A stretch of 32,000 nt of DNA from Promethearchaeum syntrophicum (GTDB lineage Archaea; Asgardarchaeota; Lokiarchaeia; Sigyniarchaeales; Promethearchaeaceae): positions 480,001-512,000 of the forward strand of contig NZ_CP042905.2 in assembly GCF_008000775.2 (NCBI RefSeq), read 5' to 3'. This document shows positions 1 to 7,697 of this stretch, one piece after another. The number at the start of each line of letters is the position of its first letter. The first letter of the stretch is position 1. Below the pieces are notes generated by a model. It did no database searches. It saw nothing but the letters and a program-made list of their open reading frames with translations, and had not been told where the DNA came from. The position numbers and the translations under genes were made by a program.

Positions 1-2648
1 ATCATTTATATGAATTTTTCTCACAATTTTTCCTAAGGAATAATCATATAATATTTCAAGAATCTGATTACCTTTCTCGGAATTTAGAAAGTTCTCATAA
101 TGCACTAATCAAAGATAAATATTATTATAATAAGTCCGCATTTATTGAGAATTTGGTTATTGAATTAGAAGATGGGTTCATACTTGAATTTAAATTGACT
201 TTTAAAGAATCTAAAAAAGAAGGAAAAGCCAAACGAAATTTCTTTTTTATTCTTGAAAAAGACCTAAATCCCGTTAATTACAATTCTCGAGAGAAAAAAC
301 TTACTGTATATTTCCAATATCGACAATTGCAAGAAGAAGAGGTGAAGGGTTCTAAACGTTCAATTCGAAAAACCTTGAAAAAACTCTGCTATAATTCCAT
401 TTGCAACAGTATTAAAGATCCTACCCTTCTCGATATTCTTAAAAAAAACCACAGATCTGACGAATCTGACAATCTAACATTTTATTTGGACTTCTATTAT
501 TTAGAAAACGATTCGGACAGGTTCTTATATAAAGATTTAGGAAAATTTATGAAATTAAATCTTAAAAATTATATTCACAAGCAAATATTACCCAATATGT
601 TTAGTACCGTAGAAAATGGAAGAAATTTTGAAATTTTAAGGAAGAATATTAAATCTTTTGAATATGTTAGCAATGAGATAATTGATCTTTTGGCAAAAAT
701 TGAAGAAATCAAAAAGAAATTGTTTCTCAAGAAGAAATTTGTATCGAATACTAATTATGGAATAAGCCTGAAGAAAATTCCCGTCAAATATTACAGAGAA
801 ATCATAGAAAATGGAGATCAAATTACTCAATGGGATGAAATATTAAACTTTAATTCTTTAAACAAAGACGGGGCAAGCCTAAACTTGGAAGTTTTAAAAT
901 CGTATCCATTTTTAGTCGTTGACACCAAAAATTTCTCTAGGGATTTCAAATTCAGGTTAATTTCAGATATTCCCGATTTACACGCTTCAATCCAAGGGAT
1001 ATTAATTAAAAGTGAGAATTTTCAAGCAATGAACTTACTTTTAAAAAACCTGAAGGACTCAATTAAGTGCGTATATATTGATCCTCCATATAATACAGGT
1101 CAAAAATTTCTCTATAATGATAGTTTTGAAAGAGAAGCATGGCTTACGATGATGAAAAATAGATTAGAATTAGCAAAAAATCTTTTAAGTAGCGATGGTA
1201 TCTTTTTTTCCAGCATAGATGATAATGAATTGGCATATTACTCCATATTGATTGAGAAAATATTCAAAAAGCGATTAAACACCATAATATGGCATAAGAA
1301 AACTCAACCTTCATTTTTATCTAAAGAATTAATTTCTGTTACGGAATATATCGTTGTGGCAAAAAAGAAAAATGAACCTGTTAAATTGATGGGGGGGTAT
1401 GGAAATTTAAAAAAATTAACTGAATTAATTAATATTGGTAATTCTGTATGTGAAAGAACCTTAAACAATGAAAATTTATTAATTAATTCAGGAAATTGGT
1501 CTGGAACATTGACAAATGGTTTATATGGAAAAGAAAAATTGAAAGTTGAACTGCTAAATGGACCTATTCATGTCAAAGATGGTATCCCCAATAAAAATCT
1601 AAAATTAAAAACTAGATTTAAATGGTCTCAAGATCGAATCAATCTTGAAATTGGAAAAGGAGGGTTAATCCATATCAAGAATATTAAATCTTTACGACCC
1701 ACTATTCAACGGTTTTATGATAAACCAATTATTAAAGCTCCAACCACTTTGCTTTCAAAAAAGATAAATTCTCTACCCACTAATACAGATGCTAATGCGG
1801 AACTAAAAAACCTGTTCAAAATTTCAACTTTCGACTATTCTAAACCATCAGAATTGATAAAATATTTAATCCGTGCAGTTTCATATTTTGAAAAGGAGGG
1901 AACAATCTTAGATTTTTTTGCTGGAACTGGAACAACCGCTCAATCGACTTTAGAACTTAATTCTTCTGATAATGGAACTCGAAAATACGTTTTAATTGAA
2001 AAAGAAGAATATTTCGAAAAATTACTTATACCAAGAATCCAGAAAATTATGTTTTCATCAAAATGGAAAGATGGATTTCCAGTTTCTAAGGAAGGGTATA
2101 ATCATATATATAAATCTGTACGTTTGGAGCAATTTAGCGATTGTTTTTGGAATTTACGACTTAAGGGAAAACCAAATTCATATCCCGAAAGGTCTGATAG
2201 AAAAATTAAGTACATCATCGATTGGGATAATAAGGAATTTCCAATATCACTAAATTTTAAAAAATTTGATAGTCCATTTGAGTATAAAATAAATCTAAAT
2301 GAAAATGGAGTTTTACAAGAGAAAAATATCGATTTGATTGAAACGTTCAATTTACTTTTAGGACTGACAGTCATAGATTCAAAAATATTTTCGCATCAAG
2401 ATAGAAATTATTATATTATTTATGGAAATTTAAATAAAACGGAAATTATTAAAGTTTTAGTTATTTGGCGTGTTACTATTGAGCTAAACTTAGACCAAGA
2501 TCTAAAATATTTGGCAGAAAAAATTATTCCTCAATTTAACGCGGACGAAATTTATTTAAACGGAGAATTCTCGCTTAAAAACGCAAAATCCATCGGTCTT
2601 TCTTTTAATAAACTGATGTTTCAAATTGATCAAATCGAAAATACCTAA
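1..2648 (+). CDS. Type III R-M Mod-like (beta-class) DNA N6-adenine/N4-cytosine methyltransferase, 5' end outside the window
   Basis: Frame 3 is open from nt 3 to the TAA at 2646-2648. Fifty sense codons precede the TTG at 153 used in the ORF track, so the gene very likely starts upstream of the window. Motif IV 'VYIDPPYNTGQKFLYNDSF' (DPPY = nt 1080-1091) is followed by 'W..MM..RL.LAK.LL..DG.FF.SIDDNE', a ~280-aa variable (target-recognition-like) region, and SAM-binding motif I 'DFFAGTGTTAQS' (nt 1911-1946). This is the IV-TRD-I order and wording of type III Mod subunits. Confidence 0.8.
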   Translation, partial: HLYEFFSQFFLRNNHIIFQESDYLSRNLESSHNALIKDKYYYNKSAFIENLVIELEDGFILEFKLTFKESKKEGKAKRNFFFILEKDLNPVNYNSREKKLTVYFQYRQLQEEEVKGSKRSIRKTLKKLCYNSICNSIKDPTLLDILKKNHRSDESDNLTFYLDFYYLENDSDRFLYKDLGKFMKLNLKNYIHKQILPNMFSTVENGRNFEILRKNIKSFEYVSNEIIDLLAKIEEIKKKLFLKKKFVSNTNYGISLKKIPVKYYREIIENGDQITQWDEILNFNSLNKDGASLNLEVLKSYPFLVVDTKNFSRDFKFRLISDIPDLHASIQGILIKSENFQAMNLLLKNLKDSIKCVYIDPPYNTGQKFLYNDSFEREAWLTMMKNRLELAKNLLSSDGIFFSSIDDNELAYYSILIEKIFKKRLNTIIWHKKTQPSFLSKELISVTEYIVVAKKKNEPVKLMGGYGNLKKLTELINIGNSVCERTLNNENLLINSGNWSGTLTNGLYGKEKLKVELLNGPIHVKDGIPNKNLKLKTRFKWSQDRINLEIGKGGLIHIKNIKSLRPTIQRFYDKPIIKAPTTLLSKKINSLPTNTDANAELKNLFKISTFDYSKPSELIKYLIRAVSYFEKEGTILDFFAGTGTTAQSTLELNSSDNGTRKYVLIEKEEYFEKLLIPRIQKIMFSSKWKDGFPVSKEGYNHIYKSVRLEQFSDCFWNLRLKGKPNSYPERSDRKIKYIIDWDNKEFPISLNFKKFDSPFEYKINLNENGVLQEKNIDLIETFNLLLGLTVIDSKIFSHQDRNYYIIYGNLNKTEIIKVLVIWRVTIELNLDQDLKYLAEKIIPQFNADEIYLNGEFSLKNAKSIGLSFNKLMFQIDQIENT

Positions 2649-2696
2649 AAGGGATAAAAAATAAACAATATTGACTTTGAATGAGAGAGGAGACCT

Positions 2697-3716
2697 ATGA
2701 AGTTTACATACTACATTTTATCAGATATTGTTCAAAATCGCCCAAATATAGAACAATTTGAATTAAGTTTAGATGATTTAGGAGAAAAATACAATCCAGA
2801 CGAATTAAAAAAAACATGTAAGTGCTGCTTTTTAGATGTAAATTTAGATCCTTCAGAAATCCTCGATTATAATCAAAATCAAGAAATCCTCGATTTATTA
2901 ACCATTTTGGATATTAGCTTAGATACTTTTGAAGAAATTATAGAAGACAGTCGCCCTCGGTTAGATGATTATGGTGATTATATGTTTATCTTGTTTAAAT
3001 CAGTTGAAAAACATCCGACTGATGTTGAAGGAAAGAAAGAATATCAGTGTGGATTAATTGCTTTTGAGAATGTTGTAATTTCTATTCATAGTGGGGTTCC
3101 TGTAGAATTAAATCGTTTGTTTCGAATGTTTTCTAGAAATCCTCAGATGTTAATACAAGGAGGGATTACCTATTTAATAACTCGCTATATCGATACATTG
3201 ATTGATCCAATATATTTAGTTCTTGATGGTTGGCGAAAAGTTTCTGATGATATAGAATGGAAAATTTTAACAGATCAAACCCTTGAGAAAAAGATAATAT
3301 TGAATACATTAATCGGAGTTAGAGAATCTCTCTTTGACATGGTTAAAATCCTTCAAGCAAATCGAGAAGTTGTTAATCGGATGAAATCTGTAAAATTTCC
3401 GCAAATTAAAAATGATTTCATCCCTCCTGAATTAGATGATCATATAAAACATCTCTTAGACGAATCAGATATTATGAGATCGGTTATTTCAGATTTAATG
3501 AATATGTATTTCAATGCCGAGTCAAGTAAATTAAATAAAAACTTATCCAGGTTTACCTTTGCAACCGCTATTTTATTACTTCCTAATCTCATTGCTGGAA
3601 TTTTTGGTATGAACAATAAATTTTTTCCAGATTTTTCTTTTTGGTGGGCTATCGTAATTATGGTTGCAAGTATGGGTGTTGTGTGGATAATATTCAAAAA
3701 ATGGAGATTAATTTAA
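2697..3716 (+). CDS. corA: CorA-family Mg2+/Co2+ transporter
   Basis: 339 aa with an acidic soluble N-terminal domain and two C-terminal TM helices. The first TM ends in the CorA signature 'IAGIFGMNNKFFPDF' (GMN motif). A purine-rich SD-like 'GAGAGGAGA' (nt 2685-2693) lies 3 nt before the ATG. Confidence 0.85.
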   Translation: MKFTYYILSDIVQNRPNIEQFELSLDDLGEKYNPDELKKTCKCCFLDVNLDPSEILDYNQNQEILDLLTILDISLDTFEEIIEDSRPRLDDYGDYMFILFKSVEKHPTDVEGKKEYQCGLIAFENVVISIHSGVPVELNRLFRMFSRNPQMLIQGGITYLITRYIDTLIDPIYLVLDGWRKVSDDIEWKILTDQTLEKKIILNTLIGVRESLFDMVKILQANREVVNRMKSVKFPQIKNDFIPPELDDHIKHLLDESDIMRSVISDLMNMYFNAESSKLNKNLSRFTFATAILLLPNLIAGIFGMNNKFFPDFSFWWAIVIMVASMGVVWIIFKKWRLI

Positions 3717-3791
3717 ACAGAATTTTGAATACAATTGATCTCAAATTTTTTAAATGGAAAATTTTATTGATTTTGCTACATTCTTTTTAAT

Positions 3792-4883
3792 ATGGAAGAA
3801 AGGTCGATCACTATCGGCTTGCTTGGTGCAAACCACAATATAACCAAATTAATCGGAGAATCCCTTGGAACTCCAGGAACTCAGTCAGATTTACAATTTT
3901 ACAATCGTCTGGATTCAAATTTAAACATTGTATTAACCGGGGTTGCACCGATTGGATATCCTGAAAAGATTAAATCTTTATTGCAGACTTGTGCTGAAAC
4001 ATCAATTCATGTAATGATTATCGATGCTGAAACAGGAATAACTCCAGAAATAGGTGAAATTATGGTAGCTATGAATTTGTATGGTGAACATTTTAGTTCA
4101 ACAACAAAACCGATTGCTGCTATTGGAGGAATTACAACAGCAAATGAATGGAGAATTGAAGAAATTAAAAAGCAACTACCAAAATTAACTGCAAATACGG
4201 TTTTAAAAGATATGTCCCTCTATACTCTTAAAACTCGCGAGGATTATCAACATTTAAAGCAAGCAATAGTTGATTTGGATAAAACTATTGTCAGAACAGA
4301 TCCTAATGATGTTCCCTATAGCAAAGTGTTAATTGATCATGTGTTCCCAGTAAAAGGTGTCGGAACTGTTGCATTAGGTTTAGTTTTCCAAGGGCAAATT
4401 AAAGCAGGTGAAATGTATGATCTTATCCCTGTTCAAAAAAAAGTCATTCTTAGGTCTATTCAAAAGTTTGATCGAGATTTTAAAACCGCTGAACAAGGTG
4501 ATCGTGTTGGATTAGCTTTAAAGGGTGTAAAATCTGAAAAAATTGACCGAAATACCATTTTTTGCACCATGGGAGCATTAGAAACCACAGATCAGTTCAA
4601 ATCAAAATTTTATGTGTCCCCTTATTACCGCCCTCAAAATATAAATGGAAAAATTTCTCCAAATGATCCAAAAACCTATCATTTGATTGCAGATTTGGGT
4701 ATTAGTCCTATTAAATTAATAGATGGGGATGATATTAATCCTGGAAAAAATGGAATCATTACTTTGAAATTAGAAAAAGCGCTGGCACATGATTCTGAAG
4801 GATTAAAAGGGATAATTGCTGATTTTGGACCATTTGAAAATAAACTAAGAATTGTCGGTTACGTTGAATCGATTGGTGATTAG
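3792..4883 (+). CDS. EF-Tu/EF1A/SelB-family protein with degenerate G domain (predicted pseudo-GTPase)
   Basis: A clear EF-Tu domain-II beta-barrel block is present: 'VLIDHVFPVKGVGTVALGLVFQGQIKAGEMYDLIPVQKKVILRSIQKFDRDFKTAEQGDRVGLALKGV'. It is preceded by 'VMIIDAETGITPEIGEIMVAMNLYG', which resembles '[15 protein letters not shown]'. The P-loop position reads 'GLLGANHNITK' (nt 3816-3848), with no GxxxxGK[ST]. I can find no DxPGH or NKxD motifs. Confidence 0.6.
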   Translation: MEERSITIGLLGANHNITKLIGESLGTPGTQSDLQFYNRLDSNLNIVLTGVAPIGYPEKIKSLLQTCAETSIHVMIIDAETGITPEIGEIMVAMNLYGEHFSSTTKPIAAIGGITTANEWRIEEIKKQLPKLTANTVLKDMSLYTLKTREDYQHLKQAIVDLDKTIVRTDPNDVPYSKVLIDHVFPVKGVGTVALGLVFQGQIKAGEMYDLIPVQKKVILRSIQKFDRDFKTAEQGDRVGLALKGVKSEKIDRNTIFCTMGALETTDQFKSKFYVSPYYRPQNINGKISPNDPKTYHLIADLGISPIKLIDGDDINPGKNGIITLKLEKALAHDSEGLKGIIADFGPFENKLRIVGYVESIGD

Positions 4884-4899
4884 GGTCAATCCAATCATA

Positions 4900-5532
4900 T
4901 CATTTATACATATATGCGGGATAAATTTTCTCTTTCTTTTTCTCATATTTGAAGTTAAATCTCATAGAATCTCCTCTGTCTGTATAATTACATAGAAAAT
5001 CTAAATTCTTTAGCGATTTAATAAAAGAAGAAACGTCTTGCTTATTTTCTGCAAAATTTAGTCTAATTTCGAGATTTTGGGCATCAACGACAATAATATC
5101 TGACATTTTTTGACCTATATTTAAGATGGAAGTGATCATATCTTTCATCGCTGTGGCTATTAATTGTATTTTGGACGAATGCTTGATTATCGCGAATAAT
5201 TGCATTTCATTTGCATCATATTGGAATTTCAGACCGATTAGAGCACTTTTTCCTTGGATCGAACGAAAAATAAGATTAAACGGGGATACATGTAGTTTTA
5301 TGAATTTTTTATCTTGAATGGTAAAGGTTGCAGGAAAATCGTAGTTTTGCCATTTTTCTACTAGATCGTAAAGAATGTCAACATCTTTTCCAATGGATTT
5401 TATAATTATCTTATCGGATTTACAAATTATTATGTCAAAAATAAAGTCGGAGGGATACAAAAGAAGATCAATTATGAATTTGAGGAATATATTCGTGTTT
5501 TGATTAAACTCAAAATTATCGATTGTTGACAT
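4900..5532 (-). CDS. Hypothetical soluble protein (alpha/beta; family not recognised)
   Basis: A long ORF fills the gap between convergent and divergent neighbours. The ORF-track start at 5541 is a TTG; the first ATG is 3 codons in, at 5532. No diagnostic motif was found; see the finding on a weak profilin/Roadblock-like pattern. Confidence 0.5.
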   Translation of the reverse strand: MSTIDNFEFNQNTNIFLKFIIDLLLYPSDFIFDIIICKSDKIIIKSIGKDVDILYDLVEKWQNYDFPATFTIQDKKFIKLHVSPFNLIFRSIQGKSALIGLKFQYDANEMQLFAIIKHSSKIQLIATAMKDMITSILNIGQKMSDIIVVDAQNLEIRLNFAENKQDVSSFIKSLKNLDFLCNYTDRGDSMRFNFKYEKKKEKIYPAYMYK

Positions 5533-5713
5533 ATCATTCAACTATATACTACTCTCATAGAATTTTAAAGATTTGTAAAATATTTCCCGAAATTATGCAT
5601 AAGTTAATTAAATCTTTGTTCGTTGGAACAGAAACCCTCACAATAAATAGATTACTCCTTATGAGTTCATCAAGGTAAAGTTTTATTAATCGTGTTTATA
5701 TTAGGAATTCAAA

Positions 5714-6685
5714 GTGGCGTCTGAACTTAATATACCAAATAGAGTACTTAATTGGTTGTTAGAACCTTCAAATCCTTCAGTGCGCTATAGAACATTAATT
5801 GAATTACTTGATGGTTCTTCTAACGATTCCGAAATTCAACAAACTTATAACGAGATACTGAACTGGAAGCCCGTAGTGAAAATTAAAAAAGCGATGCATC
5901 CAGATGGTTATTGGGAAGTTAAGGTCGATAAGGGAAAAATAGTGGGTAAGGGTACGGAATATCGAACTTTTAATACAACTCATTGGGTATTGGGGTACCT
6001 TGCAGAATATGGACTCACACGAAAAGAGAAATTTATCGATCTTGCTAGTAACCGCTATTTAAATCTTCAAAAAAAAGATGGGGATTTCTGGCAACACTTA
6101 TCCTGTCTGTATGGGTTAAATCTTCATACATTTTCAAAACTTGGCTTCGAATCAGACCCTCGAATCCAAAAAACCCTTGATTTGGTAGCGTCATCAATTA
6201 GATATGATAACGGTTATTTATGTGATCTTCATGAAGGTAAAAAGAGGAAAGGGAGAGATGTCAAGAGCTGTTTTAGGGGAACTTTAAAAATTTTATTTGG
6301 ACTCAGTGAATATCCCTCAACTTGGACACATTCAAAGGTAAAGTTGCTTCTCGACTATTTCCTAAACCGTGAACTCTTATTTAAGAAGAATAAACCATAC
6401 GAATTAGTCGTAAAAAATGCAGGACTTTTGGTTTTTCCCTTTACATATCGAGCCAGTTTATTGGAAAGCCTCTACCCTCTTCTCAAAATGGGTTATGGTA
6501 GTCATCCCAAAGTTATAAGAGCATGGAAACTCTTTGAATCAAAAAAACTGCTTAACGGCAGGTTTCCATTAGAGTGGAATCCCCCTAATAAATACCTTAA
6601 ACCCGGTAATAAAGGAGACGTAAATAAATGGGTTACATTTTATGCATATCTTCTCTATAAATTGAAAAATACAGAGAATAGTTGA
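5714..6685 (+). CDS. Alpha/alpha-toroid (prenyltransferase / terpene-cyclase-like repeat) protein
   Basis: GTG start. There are spaced [D/N]G-aromatic repeats typical of prenyltransferase/squalene-cyclase-type toroids: 'HPDGYWE', 'KKDGDFWQ', 'RYDNGYL', 'LLNGRFP'. The N-terminal 'WLLEPSNPSVRYRTLIELL' resembles uncharacterised prokaryotic toroid proteins. Family call by recall only. Confidence 0.45.
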   Translation: MASELNIPNRVLNWLLEPSNPSVRYRTLIELLDGSSNDSEIQQTYNEILNWKPVVKIKKAMHPDGYWEVKVDKGKIVGKGTEYRTFNTTHWVLGYLAEYGLTRKEKFIDLASNRYLNLQKKDGDFWQHLSCLYGLNLHTFSKLGFESDPRIQKTLDLVASSIRYDNGYLCDLHEGKKRKGRDVKSCFRGTLKILFGLSEYPSTWTHSKVKLLLDYFLNRELLFKKNKPYELVVKNAGLLVFPFTYRASLLESLYPLLKMGYGSHPKVIRAWKLFESKKLLNGRFPLEWNPPNKYLKPGNKGDVNKWVTFYAYLLYKLKNTENS

Positions 6686-6800
6686 TATTTCAAATTTTTT
6701 CTCTTTATAGTTTTACGGTTGTCGGGAAGTAATAAATTATATTTCATCCTTGAAATCCGAGCTCGTAAACTATATATTCTCTCACTCAGATTTCTAATCC

Positions 6801-7166
6801 ATGGGAAAAGTCACAAAAGTTCTCCTATTACTAAAAAATATGGTGTATGAATCCACTAGTCCTTTGGAGACTCTCCGTTTTGCCCGATATTACAAAAAAA
6901 AAGGGTTACTTGTTGATGTGGTGCTTTGGGGACCAATGGGCATCATTTTAGGAAAAAAGAATAAGATTGGGCGCGATCGATATGAAGAAGAAATGATTGA
7001 ATGTTTAGAAATGGGGGTTAAGTTTACTTGTTGTGATCTGGCTGCCCGGTTGATCGGCATGGATAAATCCGAATTAATGGAAGGAATAGAAATGGTTCCA
7101 TCCAATCGCGTTGCGGAAATGCTTTTACAATATCAAGAACAGGATCAGCTTATCATCTCTCTGTAA
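6801..7166 (+). CDS. DsrE/DsrF-like family small protein
   Basis: 121 aa. It has a Rossmann-like 'KVLLLL...' start, the central stretch 'GLLVDVVLWGPMGIIL', and 'GVKFTCCDLAARLIGM...L..GIE.V' with a conserved-position Cys pair. This layout is typical of DsrE/F-like proteins. Confidence 0.5.
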   Translation: MGKVTKVLLLLKNMVYESTSPLETLRFARYYKKKGLLVDVVLWGPMGIILGKKNKIGRDRYEEEMIECLEMGVKFTCCDLAARLIGMDKSELMEGIEMVPSNRVAEMLLQYQEQDQLIISL

Positions 7167-7230
7167 ATTTTTCCTTTCCAATGAATAGTTTTTTTTTACT
7201 TGATTGTACTATAATCCATAGGTAATCTAA

Positions 7231-7626
7231 ATGGTAAAAGAAATAATTAGTACATCTAATGCTCCTAAAGCTTTAGGCCCATATTCACAAGCTGTCAAAA
7301 TAGATAAATCCTTATATATTTCGGGACAGATCGCTATTGATCCCAAAACAGGTGATATTCCAGAAGGTATCGAGGCTCAAACCCATCAGATATTCTCAAA
7401 TATTAAAGCAATATTAGATTCAGTGGGATTTTCTTTAAGCGATGTAGTGAGTTGTGATGTTTATATGAAAAATCTAAAGGACTTTCCCTTAATGAATAAA
7501 ATTTATGCAGAAATATTCGATCCTTTCTGTAATAAAAGCGGATACCCCTCAAGAGCCACAGTTGAAGTTTCTAATATCCCAAAGGGTGCTCTTCTGGAAA
7601 TAAAAACTATTGCAATAAAAAAATAA
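7231..7626 (+). CDS. ridA: RidA/YjgF/TdcF-family reactive-intermediate (enamine/imine) deaminase
   Basis: 'APKALGPYSQAVKIDKSLYISGQIAIDPKTGDI..GIEAQTHQIFSNIKAIL...G.SLSDVV...VYM.....F..MN..Y...F....PSRATVEVS.IPKGALLEI' matches the family consensus over the full length. Confidence 0.9.
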   Translation: MVKEIISTSNAPKALGPYSQAVKIDKSLYISGQIAIDPKTGDIPEGIEAQTHQIFSNIKAILDSVGFSLSDVVSCDVYMKNLKDFPLMNKIYAEIFDPFCNKSGYPSRATVEVSNIPKGALLEIKTIAIKK

Positions 7627-7637
7627 TTTTTTTTTTT
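7627..7637 (+). terminator. Oligo-T (T11) archaeal-type terminator candidate after ridA-like gene
   Basis: The T11 run begins immediately after the TAA at 7624-7626. Archaeal RNA polymerase is known to terminate at oligo-T tracts. Confidence 0.4.
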
Positions 7638-7697
7638 CAAATTCTTTTTGGCATCTAAAAATTTTATAACTTCAAACTTCATTTTCTAATTAAGATA

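Noticed and set aside
636-830. 64-aa minus-strand ORF
   Set aside because: Antisense and entirely inside the methyltransferase gene, with I/F/N-rich low-complexity translation typical of A/T-rich antisense frames.
1996-2253. 85-aa plus-strand ORF
   Set aside because: An alternative frame inside the methyltransferase gene, with no motif.
2102-2374. 90-aa minus-strand ORF
   Set aside because: Antisense inside the methyltransferase gene, with no motif.
153-2648. TTG at 153 as the true start of the methyltransferase gene (as in the ORF track)
   Set aside because: The same frame has no stop codon back to nt 3 (50 further sense codons). In DNA this A/T-rich, that is improbable for non-coding sequence, so the gene is more likely truncated by the window edge.
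3440-3697. 85-aa minus-strand ORF
   Set aside because: Antisense to the CorA TM/GMN region, which is confidently coding on the plus strand.
1-4883. Methyltransferase - CorA - EF-Tu-like trio as a defence cassette (CorA-type membrane effectors occur in some type III CRISPR loci)
   Set aside because: The CorA retains the canonical GMN pore motif and standard size and has its own strong SD-like site. No cas, CARF/SAVED, nuclease or ATPase genes are present. Adjacency alone is insufficient, so I treat these as housekeeping genes next to an R-M remnant.
5126-5317. 63-aa plus-strand ORF
   Set aside because: Nested antisense within the longer 4900-5541 ORF. The longer ORF fills the intergenic space and is preferred.
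6890-7105. 71-aa minus-strand ORF
   Set aside because: Antisense to the DsrE-like gene.
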